A DNA stretch of 64,000 nucleotides from Candidatus Hydrothermarchaeales archaeon (lineage in GTDB: Archaea > Hydrothermarchaeota > Hydrothermarchaeia > Hydrothermarchaeales > JAZGAD01): NCBI GenBank assembly GCA_036444275.1, contig JAZGAD010000010.1:5068-69067 (forward strand), read 5' to 3'. Shown in pieces: positions 29,791 to 39,784 of this stretch. The position numbers and the translations under genes are program-made. The notes beneath the pieces are model-generated. The model was not told the origin of the DNA and did not search any database. It saw only the letters and a list, made by a program, of their open reading frames with translations. How positions within the stretch are numbered: position 1 is the stretch's first letter; every line of letters begins with the position of its first letter.

Positions 29791-30870
29791 ATGAGATCGA
29801 AAATCTTTGCGATCGTCGCTGCCGTGATGTTGATTACAGCTAGTTTCGCTGTGGTGGCAGCACAAGAAACGCCAAAGGAGCTAAAGGGCAAGAGGCTCCT
29901 ACACAGATACCACGTTGCCTACCATCATGCCGAGCAACTGCGTATAGGCATGGAAGCAGTTATAGACTATATGGGCGACGCTAATGCAGGAAAGCTCGAA
30001 ATCATAAAGGGCGATTTTGTAGCAAAAGAGGACGAGTTGAAGACAGTAGCTGAGAACAATGACTTCAAGGGATTCAAGCAAGTTATGGCAGACATGCGGG
30101 GCTTAGTAAAAGATTTTAAGACTGAGTCGCATGCCCTCCTGGAGAACAAAGTTGGAGAGGCTCAGACCATGGTTGCTAAAGCATTGCAGGAGAATAGGGA
30201 ATACTTGAATTCTCTGGTAGATAATATAAACAGCGCCAGGGAGGGAGTCGAGCTTGAAGCCGTAGACGAGGCTACTGAGACATCTGAAGAGAAGGCTGAT
30301 AAGGCATCTGCTAAAGGGGTTGACGTCAGCAAAATACAGGCAAAGCTGCAGGAGATAAAAGAGAAGAGAGAAACACTTAAGAGCAAGATTGAAGCAGCCA
30401 TAGAATCCTGCAGTGGAACAGGAATCGGCAAGTGCGATACCCCTGAGGCACAGGAATATAAGGCACTAAGAAAAGAGATAAAAGAGGACTTCAAGGAACT
30501 CAGGGAAATAGCCAGAGAAACAGGGATGAAGCATCGGGTTGCCAATCTCCTAAAGGCATCTCGCCGTGCATTCGAAGCTGTTCAGAAACGCATCGCAGCC
30601 GCAGAGGAGCAGGGAGCTGATGTTGCTGTTGTAAAGGCAAAACTGGACGAGGTAAAAAGCATGATCGACTCAGCAGAAGTGAAATACGAGGCAGGCGACT
30701 ATCGAGGCGCCATCGAGGATCTCAAGGCATCTAAAGTTGCATTTGTATCAGCAGCACGCGAGGTCAAAAGTCTGAGACAGACTAGGAAAACAGAGAAAGC
30801 AGGTGCGACAGAGGAAACACCCAGGGAAACAGGGAAACCAGAGAATAAATCTAAGGGAAAAGGTAGGTAG
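29791..30870 (+). CDS. secreted alpha-helical coiled-coil protein (hypothetical)
   Basis: An N-terminal signal peptide (IFAIVAAVMLITASFAVVAAQE) followed by a K/E/A-rich heptad-like sequence, 359 aa. Confidence 0.4.
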   Translation: MRSKIFAIVAAVMLITASFAVVAAQETPKELKGKRLLHRYHVAYHHAEQLRIGMEAVIDYMGDANAGKLEIIKGDFVAKEDELKTVAENNDFKGFKQVMADMRGLVKDFKTESHALLENKVGEAQTMVAKALQENREYLNSLVDNINSAREGVELEAVDEATETSEEKADKASAKGVDVSKIQAKLQEIKEKRETLKSKIEAAIESCSGTGIGKCDTPEAQEYKALRKEIKEDFKELREIARETGMKHRVANLLKASRRAFEAVQKRIAAAEEQGADVAVVKAKLDEVKSMIDSAEVKYEAGDYRGAIEDLKASKVAFVSAAREVKSLRQTRKTEKAGATEETPRETGKPENKSKGKGR

Positions 30871-30883
30871 ATGGGGTGAAGCT

Positions 30884-31111
30884 GTGAGATCGAAATCTAT
30901 TTTGCTGGTACTGCTGGTCGTCGGTGCGCTATTGAGCGGTTGCGTATCTAAGAAGCCAGCAGCACCTACTACCACCCAACCACCTATTACAGAGGCGCCA
31001 GAGGCCCTTGAGGAGTCATTTCCCGACGTAACAGCTCCTACCGAAGAGATAGAGATTACAGAACCAGACTTCGAACTGAATGAAACCGTAGACCTGGGCT
31101 CGATCCTCTGA
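30884..31111 (+). CDS. small secreted lipoprotein-like protein
   Basis: A GTG start gives VRSKSILLVLLVVGALLSGC (lipobox-like LSGC) followed by a Pro/Thr/Glu-rich tail. The track ORF extends upstream to 30803 but would overlap the preceding gene by 68 nt. Confidence 0.35.
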   Translation: MRSKSILLVLLVVGALLSGCVSKKPAAPTTTQPPITEAPEALEESFPDVTAPTEEIEITEPDFELNETVDLGSIL

Positions 31112-31140
31112 GCCCCTTTTTTTCTTTTCTTTTTTCTTAC
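31112..31140 (+). terminator. T-rich tract (archaeal-type terminator candidate)
   Basis: gcccctttttttcttttcttttttctt lies directly after the lipoprotein stop codon. Confidence 0.35.
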
Positions 31141-31151
31141 ATTATATGAGC

Positions 31152-31367
31152 TTAATAGCGGCCGGTATAGACTAACCTGCCAAGCGAAGGACTCAGTTCC
31201 TCAATTTCTCTCAATATTTCAACCAGCTTTTCTCCGCTTTCAGTGAGGCAGTAGGTTACTTTGGGCGGATACTCAGCTATCACCTTCCTTTCAACGATCT
31301 TCAGCTTTACCAGTTCTTTCAACCGCCTGCTTACCGTGGTGTAGTGCCCCAGTTCATTTATCTCAGA
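31152..31367 (-). pseudogene. HxlR-type winged-helix regulator, C-terminal fragment only
   Basis: The minus-strand translation SEINELGHYTTVSRRLKELVKLKIVERKVIAEYPPKVTYCLTESGEKLVEILREIEELSP matches the recognition-helix-to-wing half of HxlR/MarR-like regulators (YxLTExG). The N-terminal half is absent and an in-frame TAG sits directly upstream. Confidence 0.45.
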
Positions 31368-31458
31368 CTATCTCGCCTCCTCTTTCTCTTTCAAAAGAAG
31401 TAAACCCAAACCTACAACTAGGAATACAAGAGATAATGCAAGTCTCGTAAGCTTTCCA

Positions 31459-32730
31459 TTAAAGGGTTACATGAATCTTTCTTTTGACGTAGTTTTTCAG
31501 CATGCTATCTATAACTCTATACCTACCTGTTCCTATCTTCCTAATGAACCCTCTCTGCTCCAGCCTCTTGAGATATGTTATTATCTCTACTGGAGTAGAT
31601 CTCAAGACGTTTTTTGATATCTCTGAGGGGGATTCTAAATCGTGCCCAATCATCTCGACATAGGTCTGGAATACCTTCCCCTTCGTAGGGCTTATCTTGC
31701 TTAAATCCTCCTCGAACACGTGCATCAATCCTTCCACTTCAAAGACTCTCTCCTCCAATTTTTTTATAACATCAATTGGTATCTCCTCTCCCCTTACAAC
31801 CTCCCTGCATATATTCTCACCAAACCAATTCAGATACGCAGGGTGTCCCTTCGTAAAATTAACGATCTCATTGATCACCTCGTGAGAGGTCACTCTTTCT
31901 AGACGATCGAATCTATCCTTAAGGAAACTACAGGCGGAGTCATAATCAAATTCACCTATCCATTCTATAGGAATATGCCCGCCAAAGGGTTTTCTCAATA
32001 GGATATGCTCCATCATGCCGATATTTGATCCAGTGAGGACATAAGCTACTCGTTCCTGTTTTTGTAAATGCCTCCTGAAGGCTGGAAGAAAATCAAATGG
32101 ACGCCTAAAACCACCGACCTCTTGGAATTCGTCCAGCATCAATACAAAATAGAGCCCGCTTTCACTGCTTATAGTCTCAGTCAAACTCATGGTATCCTCA
32201 AAGAGTCTCACTAGCTCCTCTGGCGACGGTTTTCTTTGCACTGCGATTTTTTCGAATTCTATCCTAAATCTTAGATATTCCGAGACAGCCCTTATCTCCA
32301 AAGCCTTCATTTTACCCAAAAGTTCTGATAGCGCTGAAATAAGCCTATCCTTTGTCCCTACAACAAAATCTGTAACCTTAAGCTTGATCTTTTCCTGTAA
32401 GCCCGCATGCTCAAAATATGCGTCCAGTACAGAATTCCCCCACAATCCCAAGAACAACTCAAAGGTTAGCTCAGCCTGCCTCTTTATCTCCCTTCCCTCA
32501 CAGTCTATCAGAACAGGGATTACACCTTCCTCTGATAGCTTATCCATAAGCACATAGAGGATTGAAGATTTGCCGATTCTTCTGGGACCTACAAGGGCAT
32601 AATTATGCTTAATGCCCTTTTTTACCTGTAAGAGCTTATCCAGGAGAAAATCTATCTCTCTCTCCCGATCGTAGAACAGCCATGGCTCAACCGGACCACC
32701 AAATTTGAAGTCAATCATAGTATAGCACAA
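31459..32730 (-). CDS. archaeal ATPase (Arch_ATPase P-loop domain fused to a DUF234-like C-terminal domain)
   Basis: Walker A GPRRIGKSS and Walker B MLDEFQE in a 423 aa product with a DUF234-like C-terminus. Confidence 0.7.
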   Translation of the reverse strand: MCYTMIDFKFGGPVEPWLFYDREREIDFLLDKLLQVKKGIKHNYALVGPRRIGKSSILYVLMDKLSEEGVIPVLIDCEGREIKRQAELTFELFLGLWGNSVLDAYFEHAGLQEKIKLKVTDFVVGTKDRLISALSELLGKMKALEIRAVSEYLRFRIEFEKIAVQRKPSPEELVRLFEDTMSLTETISSESGLYFVLMLDEFQEVGGFRRPFDFLPAFRRHLQKQERVAYVLTGSNIGMMEHILLRKPFGGHIPIEWIGEFDYDSACSFLKDRFDRLERVTSHEVINEIVNFTKGHPAYLNWFGENICREVVRGEEIPIDVIKKLEERVFEVEGLMHVFEEDLSKISPTKGKVFQTYVEMIGHDLESPSEISKNVLRSTPVEIITYLKRLEQRGFIRKIGTGRYRVIDSMLKNYVKRKIHVTL

Positions 32731-32849
32731 GTGCTATATAGCAGCACTGCTATATAAATCTGCCTCCGAAGCTACGATAATGCAAATCTCGTAATCCATT
32801 GCCTGATTTTTCCAAATATTATATAAATCCAGCAGGAAACGTATAGAGT

Positions 32850-33185
32850 ATGATGCCAAAGGTAAATCCAAGGCAGATGAAGCGCATGATGAAGCGCATG
32901 GGCATGGAGACAGAGGAGCTGGAAGCCATAGAGGTAACGATCAAGACAGCTGACAGCGAGATACGCATTGAGAATCCCAGCGTTGTCGTGGTAAAGGCCA
33001 TGGGGCAAAAGACCTATCAGATCACTGGCGAGGAACATGTGGAGGCAGTGACAGCGATACCTGAAGAGGATGTAAAGCTCGTTGCTGCGCAGGCAAAGGT
33101 CAACGAGGCAGACGCTAGGGAAGCCCTTGAGAAAACCGATGGAGACCTAGCAGAGGCCATCATACTTCTGGAAAATAAAAAATAA
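32850..33185 (+). CDS. nac: nascent polypeptide-associated complex protein (NAC alpha)
   Basis: NAC domain (IEVTIKTADSEIRIENPSVVVVKAMGQKTYQITGE) and a C-terminal UBA-like segment (DAREALEKTDGDLAEAIILL). Confidence 0.85.
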   Translation: MMPKVNPRQMKRMMKRMGMETEELEAIEVTIKTADSEIRIENPSVVVVKAMGQKTYQITGEEHVEAVTAIPEEDVKLVAAQAKVNEADAREALEKTDGDLAEAIILLENKK

Positions 33186-33229
33186 TCTTGTTTTATACCT
33201 ACAAAGAGGGAAGAAAGAAGACTGTGACA

Positions 33230-34486
33230 TCAGCCCACTACGCTAATGTCTAAAAATTCTATACTCGGGGTATATGCAGAAGACACCTGCCGGTAATCCT
33301 TGCCGAAGCCCCCGATGTTTTTAAAGAGCTGGAATATATTCCCAGATATTATAGCCTTTTGCACTGCTTCGCCGTTGAGGAATGCGTTCCTGGTTTCCAC
33401 CGAGAAATCACCAGATACCGGGTTAGAGGTATGCGCTCCTATCAAACCATGCACTACTAAGCCCTTTTCGCTAGGCTTTCCTCTACCCGAGAGAACTAAA
33501 TTCGTGGCATCGATATAAGGGAGGGAGGCATAGGAATCTCTTTCAGCATTGCCTGTGCTCTCCTTTCCATCTTTCCCAGCGGTATATGTATCGTATAGAT
33601 AGCCCTTTAGTACTCCGTCTCTTACAAGTTCTGTCTTTTGGGAGCTTATTCCCTCGCCATCGAATTTAGAAGTAGCGAGACCATTTTTTAGGGTGCCGTC
33701 GTCTACAATGTTGAACCTTGAGAATAATTGTTCGTCTATCTTCCCAGCCAGCTGAGAACGTCCCCTTTGAACATTGTCGGCGCTGAAGGAAGGGATAAGC
33801 ACATTCTCCACTAGATCAGCCACTGCTGGGGGCTTTAGGGTAATATCTGTCTGCAGTTCGCCTATTTCCATCGCCTTTAGCGAGCTGCGTGCCAGTTCAG
33901 CTGCCTTCCTCCCGATCTCTGCAAAATCCAAGTCCAGTTTCCTCGAGGAATCATAGTAGAGAGCCGATGCAGGCTGATCATCGTCTGCGACTGCACTCAG
34001 CACTGCAGAGCACCACGTGCCCTGGTCAGCTCCATAGAGACCATGGGTGTTCCATATCTCGACCTCTGAACTACTCCATGATATAGATCCATAGCTAGCT
34101 ATCACACCCCGCCCAGCACACGGAGCTACTAAGGCGTCTACAAATTCAGGAGCCTGCTCCAAATCCAAATCTGCTATATCCTCGTCGAACACTCCTAACT
34201 CCTTGTATCGCTCTTGATGTGGTAAAGCAACGTGGGGATCGCGCTCGCTGGCCTTAGCTACCTTTAAAGCACTATTGAGGACTTCCTCGCTCAGACTATT
34301 CGAATATGCGAAGCCCATGTGTTTATCCTTTATCACTCTAACGCCGTAGCCTGATGAAGAGCTCTCCTTGAAGAGGTCCATCTCCCCCCGCCACAGCTCC
34401 AATGTGTGCCCGCGGCTGCTAGATAAATAGATCTCGGCTTCGTCAGCCCGCTTAGCTAGGTAATCTAGTGCTTCGTCAGCTCTCAA
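33230..34486 (-). CDS. pmbA: TldE/PmbA family metalloprotease component
   Basis: TldD/PmbA fold. It lies adjacent to and overlaps tldD by 4 nt, and lacks an intact HExxxH motif. Confidence 0.75.
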   Translation of the reverse strand: MRADEALDYLAKRADEAEIYLSSSRGHTLELWRGEMDLFKESSSSGYGVRVIKDKHMGFAYSNSLSEEVLNSALKVAKASERDPHVALPHQERYKELGVFDEDIADLDLEQAPEFVDALVAPCAGRGVIASYGSISWSSSEVEIWNTHGLYGADQGTWCSAVLSAVADDDQPASALYYDSSRKLDLDFAEIGRKAAELARSSLKAMEIGELQTDITLKPPAVADLVENVLIPSFSADNVQRGRSQLAGKIDEQLFSRFNIVDDGTLKNGLATSKFDGEGISSQKTELVRDGVLKGYLYDTYTAGKDGKESTGNAERDSYASLPYIDATNLVLSGRGKPSEKGLVVHGLIGAHTSNPVSGDFSVETRNAFLNGEAVQKAIISGNIFQLFKNIGGFGKDYRQVSSAYTPSIEFLDISVVG

Positions 34487-35844
34487 TGCACCGTACCTCC
34501 TACCGTAGCGAAGGTCCGCATATGAGGTCCACCATCCCCTACTGGAACCGACTGTGCCCCTTTGCCGCAGAAGCCTATGTGGATACCGAAGTCTTTGCCA
34601 ACTGCATCCACGTTTTTCAGAATATCCAGGGTCCTGCCAGATAGCGCCACATCTCTTACTGGAGTGGTTATCTCGCCATTTTCTATAAGGAATCCCTCCT
34701 CTGCGCTGAATTGGAATACTCCTCGCACCGTGTCTACCTCACCGCCCTTGGAGCCCTTCAAGTATACGCCTTTCGCCACGTCCACGATCTCTTCGAATTC
34801 AAAGTCCCCTGGCTCAAGGTAGGTATTGCTCATCCTGACCAGGGGTTGATAGGCATAGCTCTGGCTCCTTGCATTCCCAGTGTTAATGTGTCCCATCTCT
34901 GAAGAGGTCTCCCTAGAGTGGAGATAGCTCTTCAGGACGCCGTTCTTTACTACCACCTTCTTCATTGCCCTAGTCCCTTCTGAATCATAGAAATAAAAAC
35001 CAAATGATCCATCTATTGTAGGGTCGTCGAAGACCGTGACCAACTCAGATGCTATCGCCTTCCCCAGCTTATCCTCCAAAATGGATTCTCCTTGTATGAC
35101 GTGATCAGCCTCCACAGCATGCCCTAAGGCCTCATGGATGAATACGCCTGTCAACTTTGAGTCGAGTACGACCTGGAAATTGCCCCTAGGAGCTTCTTTA
35201 GCATCAAGCAGGCTAAGTGCCTTCTCACCAGCCTTCCGCGAGGAATCTCCAACTTTTTCCAGTGCCTCTAACCCGGCAGTAGCTCCGAGTCTCTCCAAGC
35301 CGATCTGAAGCTTCGCCCCTTTCTTAGCGAAGACCGAGGAGAATACTGCGACCCTTGGATACTCTGCCTCTATACGGCTTCCCTCAGAATTTAAATAGCT
35401 AATCCTAGTGTTGGAGTCGAAGTAAGAGAATGAAGAACTTACTATCCCATCAAGATCTGCGATGGCGTCTTCGGCCGAACTCAAAATCTCTCTCTTCTCT
35501 TCAATACCCACAGAGGCCGGGTCTATTCTTGGCTTAACCTTGACCCTATCCTCTACTGCATCTACGACTTCGAACTTTATCTCCCTCTTTACCCTTTTGG
35601 CTATCTTATAGGCCCTTGTAGCGAGGGCATAGATATCCTTCAAATCATTGGAAGATGCAAAACCCCAGCCCTTATCCAGTACCCTTATGCAGATGCCTGA
35701 GAGCTCGCCGGTAGAGATATCCTTGGCTACGCCGTCCTTAGACAGAATGCTGGTCGTCTTAGAACTCTGTAGGGTTACATCTACAAAACGGGCTGGTATC
35801 TCTAAAATCTTCTCTATCTCCCCATCCCAAGATTCAGGCTCCAT
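34483..35844 (-). CDS. tldD: TldD family zinc metalloprotease
   Basis: HEALGHAVEADH metal-binding motif in a 453 aa product. Confidence 0.85.
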   Translation of the reverse strand: MEPESWDGEIEKILEIPARFVDVTLQSSKTTSILSKDGVAKDISTGELSGICIRVLDKGWGFASSNDLKDIYALATRAYKIAKRVKREIKFEVVDAVEDRVKVKPRIDPASVGIEEKREILSSAEDAIADLDGIVSSSFSYFDSNTRISYLNSEGSRIEAEYPRVAVFSSVFAKKGAKLQIGLERLGATAGLEALEKVGDSSRKAGEKALSLLDAKEAPRGNFQVVLDSKLTGVFIHEALGHAVEADHVIQGESILEDKLGKAIASELVTVFDDPTIDGSFGFYFYDSEGTRAMKKVVVKNGVLKSYLHSRETSSEMGHINTGNARSQSYAYQPLVRMSNTYLEPGDFEFEEIVDVAKGVYLKGSKGGEVDTVRGVFQFSAEEGFLIENGEITTPVRDVALSGRTLDILKNVDAVGKDFGIHIGFCGKGAQSVPVGDGGPHMRTFATVGGTVH

Positions 35845-37726
35845 GCTTCTTCGGCAATGGCTTTTCTATCCCAGCCGGGAGGGGTATTAGGTCCCTGATC
35901 TTCTCTAAGAGGCTCTCTTTATCGGTGCCCCACGCAAAGGCCTGCTCCAGTGCCTGGGAGAGCTTCTTCACCGGTACAATCTCTATCTTGCCCTGTAGCT
36001 TCTTATCCAGCATCACATCCTTAGCATTTGCAGAGGGAATTATGACACGTTTTATACCCGCTGCTGCAGCTGCCTCGATCTTGGCTGTAACGCCCCCAAC
36101 TGGTAGAATGTCGCCCCTGACGCTGAGGCTGCCTGTCATGGCAACACTCTGGTCCACTGGAATGTCCTCTAGGGCCGAAATAACCGCCGTTGCTACTGAG
36201 ACGCTTGCGCTGTCGCCTTCTACCCCCTCATATGTCTGGAGGAACTGGATATGCACGTCGTATTTAGAGATGTCCTGGCCGGTATGCTTCTTAATGAGGG
36301 CACTCACGTTCTGAATCGCCTCCCTAGCTATCGTGCGTAGCTTGCCAGTTGCAATAATCTTTCCCTCTTCTCTACTCTGTGCTGGTGCAACCTCGGCGAC
36401 TATGGGGAGTATTACGCCGCTGTCGTCACCGATGACCGCTAATCCATTAACCCTGCCTATCTCCGCTCCTTTCACTACGTAGATATCGTAGTCCTTCCTC
36501 ATGCTTATGTATCTCTCAGCCAGTTGCTGCTCCAGGGTCTTGGCTATAGTTTTTGCCTTTGCAACGTGTTTGGCCGTAACAATCTCAGCATTCTCGCTCC
36601 TCGCTACGTCGCCGGCTGTTCTAATCAAGCCGCCGAGGCCACGGAGATTAAGGGTTATCTTTCCCCGTCTACCAGCCCTTTTCCTAGCCTCTTTGATCAC
36701 GGCTTCCACCGCTTCCTTGGTGAAGTGGGGTATCTTCTTGTCCTTTATCACCTCTTGAGCGACGAACTGCACCAGTTTCTCCCGGTTCTTTGGTGTATCA
36801 TCCATGACATCCTTCATGTAGACCTCGTATCCATAGCCTCTGATCCTGCTTCGAAGCGCTGGATGCAGCTTCCTAACTGCTTCTAGATTGCCGGCTGCAA
36901 TGAGGATGAAGTCGCATGGTACTGGTGTGGTTCTGACCATAGCGCCGCTGCTTCTATCACTCTGCCCAGTGATGCTGAATTCCTTCTCCTGCAGAACGGT
37001 CAAAAGGTGCTGTTGGGACTCCATGCCTAGAGTCGAGATTTCATCGATAAAGAGCACGCCCTTGTTAGCCCTATGTATTGCACCCGCCTCTATCAACTCG
37101 TGGGCAGGCGTCTCTAGGCCACCTGACTGGAAAGGGTCATGCCTAACGTCACCCAGGAGAGCGCCGGCGTGTGCACCGGTTGCATCCACAAAGGGAGCTT
37201 TCTTCTTGCCTTCGTTGTCTAGGAGGATCTTTGGAACCATGACATCCTCTTTGACCTTTATGTACTGCCTCCCCATGAGTAGGAAGACCGATGCTATGAT
37301 CCCGCCGAACAGAATATAGGGCTGGGGTGGTACCGCTAGGAAACCGTAGTAGAGTACGAGGAATAATATAGCGATGAACAATACCTTGAACATGGTGTTT
37401 ACCGGAGCCTCTGCCTTCCTCTTTTGCTCTTTGTAGCGGGCCACTATCTTTTTGCCTTCGCCAGCCTTGACGGCCTTCGCCTCTGGGTTGTTTTTATCAG
37501 CTAGATTAGGATGCACAAGGATGTCCTCCAACTCCTCCACCGGCAAGAGCTCAGACATAGCAAGGCCCAACATACTCTTCCCGGTACCCGGCGCTCCGAT
37601 CAGGAAGACATGGCGCTTTTGCTTAGCGGCTTTCTTAAGTACCTCCACCGCATGCTCTTGGCCAATAACTTGGTCTACCAGATTCTGCGGGACTTTTATC
37701 TTCTCGGTTGTTTTATATCCCTTCAT
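35834..37726 (-). CDS. lonB: archaeal-type membrane-bound Lon protease (LonB)
   Basis: AAA+ Walker A GAPGTGKS, membrane helices inserted after the Walker A region, and a C-terminal Lon proteolytic domain (GDSASV...KIEAA). Confidence 0.9.
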   Translation of the reverse strand: MKGYKTTEKIKVPQNLVDQVIGQEHAVEVLKKAAKQKRHVFLIGAPGTGKSMLGLAMSELLPVEELEDILVHPNLADKNNPEAKAVKAGEGKKIVARYKEQKRKAEAPVNTMFKVLFIAILFLVLYYGFLAVPPQPYILFGGIIASVFLLMGRQYIKVKEDVMVPKILLDNEGKKKAPFVDATGAHAGALLGDVRHDPFQSGGLETPAHELIEAGAIHRANKGVLFIDEISTLGMESQQHLLTVLQEKEFSITGQSDRSSGAMVRTTPVPCDFILIAAGNLEAVRKLHPALRSRIRGYGYEVYMKDVMDDTPKNREKLVQFVAQEVIKDKKIPHFTKEAVEAVIKEARKRAGRRGKITLNLRGLGGLIRTAGDVARSENAEIVTAKHVAKAKTIAKTLEQQLAERYISMRKDYDIYVVKGAEIGRVNGLAVIGDDSGVILPIVAEVAPAQSREEGKIIATGKLRTIAREAIQNVSALIKKHTGQDISKYDVHIQFLQTYEGVEGDSASVSVATAVISALEDIPVDQSVAMTGSLSVRGDILPVGGVTAKIEAAAAAGIKRVIIPSANAKDVMLDKKLQGKIEIVPVKKLSQALEQAFAWGTDKESLLEKIRDLIPLPAGIEKPLPKKHGA

Positions 37727-37851
37727 TTCCTCCTCGACCTTAGAACAATAAGCGTTGGTAAGTTCGATTTCTGCCCTTATATACCTTTAGCATAATTTAT
37801 ATACTACCTCCCGTAAAACACTTCGCCAATTGTAACAACAGGAGACTTGAA
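37727..37851. promoter_or_regulatory. divergent promoter region lonB <-> prs with two TATA-like boxes (CTTATATACC; AATTTATATACT)
   Basis: A 125-bp intergenic region between divergently transcribed genes with two AT-rich TATA-like elements. Confidence 0.35.
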
Positions 37852-38721
37852 ATGCCTGACATTATCATCGGAGGAAGCACTTGCCAAGCCCTGGCGAAGG
37901 AGATAAGCGACGAGCTTCAGGTTGAACTGGGAAGCCTGTCGGTGAAGAGATTCCCAGATGGCGAGATATACCTCCGCGTTGAGAGTGATGTGAAGGGCAA
38001 GAGCTGTGTTGTAGTACAGTCTACATGCAGACCTCAAGATTCAACTTTCTTCGAGCTTTTATCCCTCATCGTGACCCTGAAGGAGCTTGGCGCTAAGGAG
38101 GTCAAGACGGTAGTACCGTACTACGGCTACGGTAGGCAGGACAAGAGCTTCAATCCTGGAGAAGCGGTCACCGCTAGGGTGGCAGCGAAGCATATCAGCA
38201 TGCATTCAGACGAGTTCTATACGCTTAACATCCATGAAGAGGGGATCCTGAAGTTCTTCAATATTCCAGTACATAGCCTAGATGCTTCTCCTGTACTGGG
38301 GGAGTATTTCAAAGGCTACAATCTGGAAAAGCCAATAGTTATAGGGCCTGATAACGGCGCTTCTAGACTTGCAAAAGGCACAGCAAGCGTTATTAAATGT
38401 AAATTTGACACCCTGGAGAAACGTAGGATAGCACCCGGTGAAGTGCAGACGGAGGCCAAGAAGCTGGCAGTCGCAGATAAAGATGTGATACTCGTGGACG
38501 ACATGATAGATTATGGGAGTACGATGCTGGAAGCTATTTCAATACTCAAAGCCCAGAAGGCAGGAAACATCCTTGTTGGATGCGTGCACCCTGTGCTCAC
38601 TGGAAACGTCGTCGGCCGCTTGTTCTCCTTTGGTGCTATAGACGTGATAGCTACGAATACCATATCTTCGCAGATCAGCTTCATAACCGTCTCAGGCATA
38701 ATAGCTGAAGCACTCCGCTAG
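37852..38721 (+). CDS. prs: ribose-phosphate pyrophosphokinase
   Basis: PRPP synthetase signature VILVDDMIDYGSTM with N-terminal IIGGST...LAKEI. Confidence 0.9.
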   Translation: MPDIIIGGSTCQALAKEISDELQVELGSLSVKRFPDGEIYLRVESDVKGKSCVVVQSTCRPQDSTFFELLSLIVTLKELGAKEVKTVVPYYGYGRQDKSFNPGEAVTARVAAKHISMHSDEFYTLNIHEEGILKFFNIPVHSLDASPVLGEYFKGYNLEKPIVIGPDNGASRLAKGTASVIKCKFDTLEKRRIAPGEVQTEAKKLAVADKDVILVDDMIDYGSTMLEAISILKAQKAGNILVGCVHPVLTGNVVGRLFSFGAIDVIATNTISSQISFITVSGIIAEALR

Positions 38722-38753
38722 ATTTTTACAGTTTATTGTAGACTAATAGAGCG

Positions 38754-39767
38754 ATGCGCGTATTCTTCCAACTCTCCGGAGAGCATTCAACACTCCCTAA
38801 AGCTGAAGCATTAGCAGTTCTTGAAGCATCTAGTGTGGATTTCAAGGTCTTATTATCTCTGGACCAAGTCCTTGTAGTGGAGGCAGATGCAGGGAATATA
38901 GACGGAATTCACGAGCGTCTGGCAATGAGCCACGGGATATGCGAGTTCTACGGTGCATGTCGTCCTGCCTTGGAGGAGCTTATAGAGATCGCACGTGGGA
39001 TAGATTTGTCAGGCAGTTTCGCTGTCAGAGTCAAGAGGATAAAAGACTACTTCGGGGAGGTAAGCACCATGGAGTTAGAGAGCGGGATAGGCGGGCTATT
39101 GACAAAAAAGGGATATAAGGTAGATCTTGAAAACCCTGAGAACATCATCCTCGGCATATTGAGCAGTGAATTCGTCTTGGGCAGGGTACTATACGAGGTG
39201 GACCGCTCCCAGTATGAGGCTCGTCGGCCCCATAGGCGGCCGTACTTTCGCCCGGGTGTTATGCTTCCGAGGATCTGCCGTGCCATAGTCAATCTAACTA
39301 GGGTCAAGAAGGGGGAGAAGTTCATAGATCCATTCTGCGGTACAGGCGGGTTCCTGATAGAAGCGGACTTGGTAGGTGCGAAGGTCTATGGGTGTGACGT
39401 TGACAAGGAAGTGCTAGAGGGCTGCAAGGTAAACCTCCAGCACCATGGACTAACGGATTATCACTTGGAGGCAGTGGATGCCAGGGAATTGAAAGAGGTG
39501 TACCCAGAAGCATTTGATGCGTTAGCTGCCGATCTTCCATACGGCATCTCATCCAGCACGCATGGCTCTAAGCTTGAAGAGCTGTGCAGCCAGTCCATGG
39601 AATCCTTTTTCGAGATATTAAAGCCAGGGGGGTATGCCTGTGTCGTTGCTCCATCCCAAGTGCCCTTAAAGGATATAGCCGCTGCAGCGGGATTCAACGT
39701 CGTAGAGGAGCACTTGGAGAGGATTCATCGTAGCCTGACGAGGAGAATCTTGGTCCTGCAAAAATGA
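38754..39767 (+). CDS. THUMP-domain tRNA (guanine-N2)-methyltransferase (Trm11/TrmG10-like)
   Basis: An N-terminal THUMP-like region plus the SAM-MTase motifs DPFCGTGGFLIEA (motif I) and DLPYG (motif IV, N6/N2-MTase type). Confidence 0.7.
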   Translation: MRVFFQLSGEHSTLPKAEALAVLEASSVDFKVLLSLDQVLVVEADAGNIDGIHERLAMSHGICEFYGACRPALEELIEIARGIDLSGSFAVRVKRIKDYFGEVSTMELESGIGGLLTKKGYKVDLENPENIILGILSSEFVLGRVLYEVDRSQYEARRPHRRPYFRPGVMLPRICRAIVNLTRVKKGEKFIDPFCGTGGFLIEADLVGAKVYGCDVDKEVLEGCKVNLQHHGLTDYHLEAVDARELKEVYPEAFDALAADLPYGISSSTHGSKLEELCSQSMESFFEILKPGGYACVVAPSQVPLKDIAAAAGFNVVEEHLERIHRSLTRRILVLQK

Positions 39768-39784
39768 CTACTTTAGCAATTTGA

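Noticed and set aside
30803-30883. Upstream extension of the lipoprotein ORF to the ATG at 30803
   Set aside because: It would overlap the preceding gene's last 68 nt in another frame. The GTG at ~30884 directly precedes a signal-peptide-like sequence and follows an RBS-like GGTAGG.
31368-31460. Reading the in-frame TAG upstream of the HxlR fragment as pyrrolysine to obtain a longer protein
   Set aside because: The upstream frame encodes a hydrophobic peptide with no HxlR N-terminal features and no start codon. Truncation is the simpler explanation.
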